A DNA stretch of 64,000 nt from NCBI RefSeq assembly GCF_009914755.1, contig NC_060940.1; one strand, 5' to 3'. This document shows, one piece after another, positions 60,533 to 64,000 of this stretch. The position numbers and the translations under genes are program-made. Below the pieces are notes generated by a model, which did no database searches, was not told the origin of the DNA, and saw only the letters and a program-made list of their open reading frames with translations. Numbering within the stretch: position 1 is the stretch's first letter; each line of letters starts with the position of its first letter. The DNA comes from the human T2T-CHM13v2.0 reference genome, Homo sapiens.

Positions 60533-62111
60533 AGGTAGAGGAAGCAGCAAAGGCAAGGCAATGAGGAAAACTAGAGGAAACTGGGAAAAGGAGAGTTTGG
60601 CTTAAGTACAGGATGCCAGCAGGGGACCAGGAGAGAAAGCTAGAAAGGAAGAGAGGATCACACTGCAGGCAGCCACGGGAACTAGCCTCTACCTTAGAGG
60701 ATGAAGAGGAGCCACTGAAGGTCTTTGAGCAAATCAATGTTACAATATCACTGAGTTGGGAGGCTTTATATACACTTGGAGCCTTATCAATAATTTATCT
60801 TTTCAGTTTACAAGCACTCTCAAGTATGTATTTAATCATTCTTTAATGCTTTATTAATGGCTCATCTCCTTATTAGAGCAGTCAAGCCCTGGATGAGACA
60901 CATCATGTCCCACATTTGACCACACACACAGTAGGCTAGCTTGAAATTCAGACTTAAAGCTGCATGGCTTTTAACAGCCTGTCACACACCTCCTTCAACT
61001 ACTAACAACAGAGAAAATATGAAAAACTTTAATTTCCTCTGTCTTCATCCCCAGTGTCTATTTACAGGCGCTGATGAAGAAAAGAAGTGGCAGGAAGCAT
61101 GAGCCAGAAAAACAAAAAAAAAGGCCTGAATCAAGAAGTATCTGGATTCCTCCTGAAAAAGTGAGCATAAACCATACTGCTAGATTTTGGAAATATTCAC
61201 TAAAGCTAAAACATGGCTCGCTATTCTTCAATTATTTTAACCCTCCTCTTCAAGAAGGAAATCATTACTAACAACTTAAGCTTCTAGATTTGTACCAGTT
61301 TTTAGCTGCTCTGTAAGTTTGTTTGGATCACTTCAGTCAGCATTACTTTCAGTGATGATGGTAATTTATAAAAAGCAAGGCAATCTGTTTCTAAAAAGAA
61401 AATATTAAACTTGATTTAAGTTTCCTTTCCTGTTCTTCTCTCTAAAAATAAATTAGACACCAAACAAGGTCAGCAAGGCAATAATGTCCTAAAATGAATC
61501 AGATCTTTTCTGTCAGGTAAAGAATTTAATCTGCTGGCAGGTTTTCTGTTCAGAATGATATCACAATACCAAAAAGTCACTTATTCCTTCTCTAGTGTAC
61601 CAAATGAAGCCCTAGTGACGTTAAAGAGCTAATACTATTTCAATGGCACTTTGTTTATACTTTGGGAAGGCTTATTCACCAGACAATATTTCAGGGAACA
61701 TTTATTAGAGAGAGAAGCCCAATTCTTCAAACCACATGCATGGATCAAGCTAGATAAATCCTACAATGGGAAGAATCTTCTATTATCAGGAAGGAGACAA
61801 GAGTACATCCCTCCCTTTACCCTTAATCAGCTCTGAGAAGTGCTTCCCTCTCTTTACAGACCAAAAAGAGGGCTAGAGGCACTCAGAGAGATTGCAGAGT
61901 ATAAGAAATGTTACCAAAGTGTAAATAAATTAACTGGTATCATCTACTAATAGATAATAAATTCAGCAAAAATGAGATAAAGGCAAATGGAGGGATTCTA
62001 CTAAGCGAATTTTTACTGAGAGCTACATTTTATTTTCCTTCTTTAAGAAAGAACACTTTAGGAGACACACCTTTGTAGACAGTGGTTTCCATCACAGAAA
62101 GTTAAGAAAGT

Positions 62112-62409
<298 letters not shown>

Positions 62410-62789
62410 TCAGAGAGCTCACATTCTTTCCCATCTGTTATCAGCTACAATAAATTCTCCCTTCCATTTCGTGCAGAATACACTTATAAAGCATATTTTT
62501 AATTTAATGTAGTCTCATGGTCCCCTACAATGAGTGAAGATTTTGTCTCATAAGATAATTGTATTTTTATCCAACTGGGAAGTCAGTTACCTTTTTCTAA
62601 TATTTTCAGGGGTTGAAGGCCATATATAATAACATGCCTCGTATCTTAGGCAATCTCTGTCAGTGGGGTCATTTATTTCTCTACATATGTATGCTTTTAT
62701 TGTAAAAAATAATACAGTGATAACTGGAAGGCTTCTGGATTCTATTTGTTTATAGATCAGAATGGAAGGAAATCACAGCTAACCTTTAT

Positions 62790-62995
62790 GATACACTGAT
62801 TATGCTCCAGATACTGTACTGGATACTTTGCATGTGTTCTCTCATTTGATTCCTCACCTTGCAAGGCAGGAACTACTAACAGTCCCATTTCTACAGATGA
62901 GGCTAAATTTGCCCAGCTGGTCAGTGGTAGAATCAGGATTGGCATCCAGATCCACCTGACCCCAGAGCCTGCATTCTTAACCATGAGGCTCCACT
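62790..62995 (-). mobile_element. MIR
   Basis: cccatttctacagatgagg...cagagcctgcattcttaacca. Confidence 0.7.
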
Positions 62996-63061
62996 GTCTT
63001 TCTTTGCAATTGGCTTGCTTGTACTTTCCTTCCTTCACTCATTCAAATATGTACTACTAGA

Positions 63062-63193
63062 GACCAGGTGCAGTGGCTCAGGCCTGTAATTCCAGTGCTT
63101 TGGGAGGCCAAGGTGGGGGAACTGCTTGAGTTCAGGAGTTTGAGGCTATAGTGAGCTATGAACATACCACTGTACTCCAGCCTGGGTGACAGA
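63062..63193 (+). mobile_element. Alu monomer (FAM/FRAM-like or arm-recombined AluJ) whose tail is (CA)n
   Basis: Left-arm start fused to right-arm end (gagtttgaggctatagtgagc...gcctgggtgacaga). Confidence 0.7.
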
Positions 63194-63274
63194 CACACAC
63201 ACACACACACCACTAGACACCAGCATTGTGTCAGGACTTGGAGCAAAACCAGTTAATAGGGAAGACAGAGTCAC

Positions 63275-63310
<36 letters not shown>

Positions 63311-63373
63311 ACTAGACACCAGCATTGTGTCAGGAGTTGGAGCAAAACCAGTTAACAGGGAAGACAGAGTCAC
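63193..63373 (+). repeat. Tandem duplication of (CA)n + 64-bp unit
   Basis: cactagacaccagcattgtgtcagga[c/g]ttggagcaaaaccagttaa[t/c]agggaagacagagtcac at 63211-63274 and 63310-63373, each preceded by a CA run. Confidence 0.95.
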
Positions 63374-63522
63374 CTTCCCCAAGAGCTGACATTCTACTAG
63401 GGTACAAAGACAAGTAAATAACCAAGTACACAGAATAGTGGTCATTGTATTCTGGGGGCTTCCCAGAAAAAAGAGGTGTCAGTTGAGACCTGAAGGGTAT
63501 GTAAAAGTCAGTTCAGCGAAAG

Positions 63523-63567
63523 GAGGTAGGGGAAGCAAAGAGGTAGGGGAAGCAAAGAGGTAGGGGA
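63523..63567 (+). repeat. 17-bp minisatellite GAGGTAGGGGAAGCAAA x2.6
   Basis: Units start at 63523, 63540 and 63557. Confidence 0.9.
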
Positions 63568-64000
63568 GGATCTGGGGCAGAGGAAACAGCATGTAAGCTC
63601 CATGTGGCGGGAGCACAAAGGAAGAGATGGGGGTTCAAGAGAGTTACGGCTAGAGCACTTGGCGGGGACCAGACCAGAAAAGGCCTTGTGCACCATGACA
63701 AAAAGCATGCGATTCTTTCTGTTGGTTATAAGGTGCCACAAAGAGATTTTAAGAAAGGGTGTGATAAGATCTCATCTTTAATTTAGATGTTAGGATGTTG
63801 GCCATCTGGAGATTTAACAGGAAGGGAAGAAGACTGGTGGCTATAAGACCAGTCTGGCAACTGTCATGATAAAGTAAGCAGGAGGTACTTGCAGCCGAAT
63901 CCAGAGTAGCTGCAATGGAATGCACAGAAGTTGATGGTTTCAAAAAGTTTTTAGGAGGGGGTATCAGGAAGATTTGGGAACTGATTGGATGTGAGGTGTG

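Noticed and set aside
63186-63389. Repeat-spacer-like pattern / repeated peptide ORF
   Set aside because: Only two units and the spacers are CA microsatellites. It is a simple tandem duplication, not a CRISPR-like array.

Overview
Primate (human-like) genomic DNA lying wholly inside one long minus-strand gene, recognised from the peptide as ITFG1 (TIP/LINKIN, FG-GAP repeat type I membrane protein). Only two coding exons fall in the window: 38696-38760 (65 nt) and 28611-28692 (82 nt), probably exons 7 and 8. Together they encode (D)LFLTTLNATTSTFQFEIWENL-DGNFSVSTILEKPQNMMVVGQSAFADF. The rest is intron dominated by transposable elements. The first ~18.5 kb is a nested LINE-1 stack, including a full-length but inactivated L1PA5-like element with target-site duplication (TSD) inside an older L1MA. 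There are also ~25 Alu/FLAM/FRAM copies, solo LTRs (MER21, MER50, MER31, LTR47, LTR15-like), an LTR16/ERVL remnant, MER20/MER30/Tigger3 DNA elements, and MIR/L2 fossils. Essentially all supplied ORFs are repeat-derived or chance. The most interesting hypotheses are: (i) the two exons form a 147-nt phase-1/phase-1 unit flanked by inverted Alus, so a back-spliced circle would be a stop-free endless ORF with an internal Kozak ATG; (ii) the intronic L1 keeps an intact, extended 156-aa ORF0 frame and an antisense promoter pointing along ITFG1; (iii) several small rearrangements, namely an inverted templated 68-bp insert, two Alus sharing one triplicated TSD, and a CA-anchored duplication. Repeat subfamily names and exon numbers come from recall of consensus sequences, not from a database search. 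No prokaryotic-type system (CRISPR, operon) is present.
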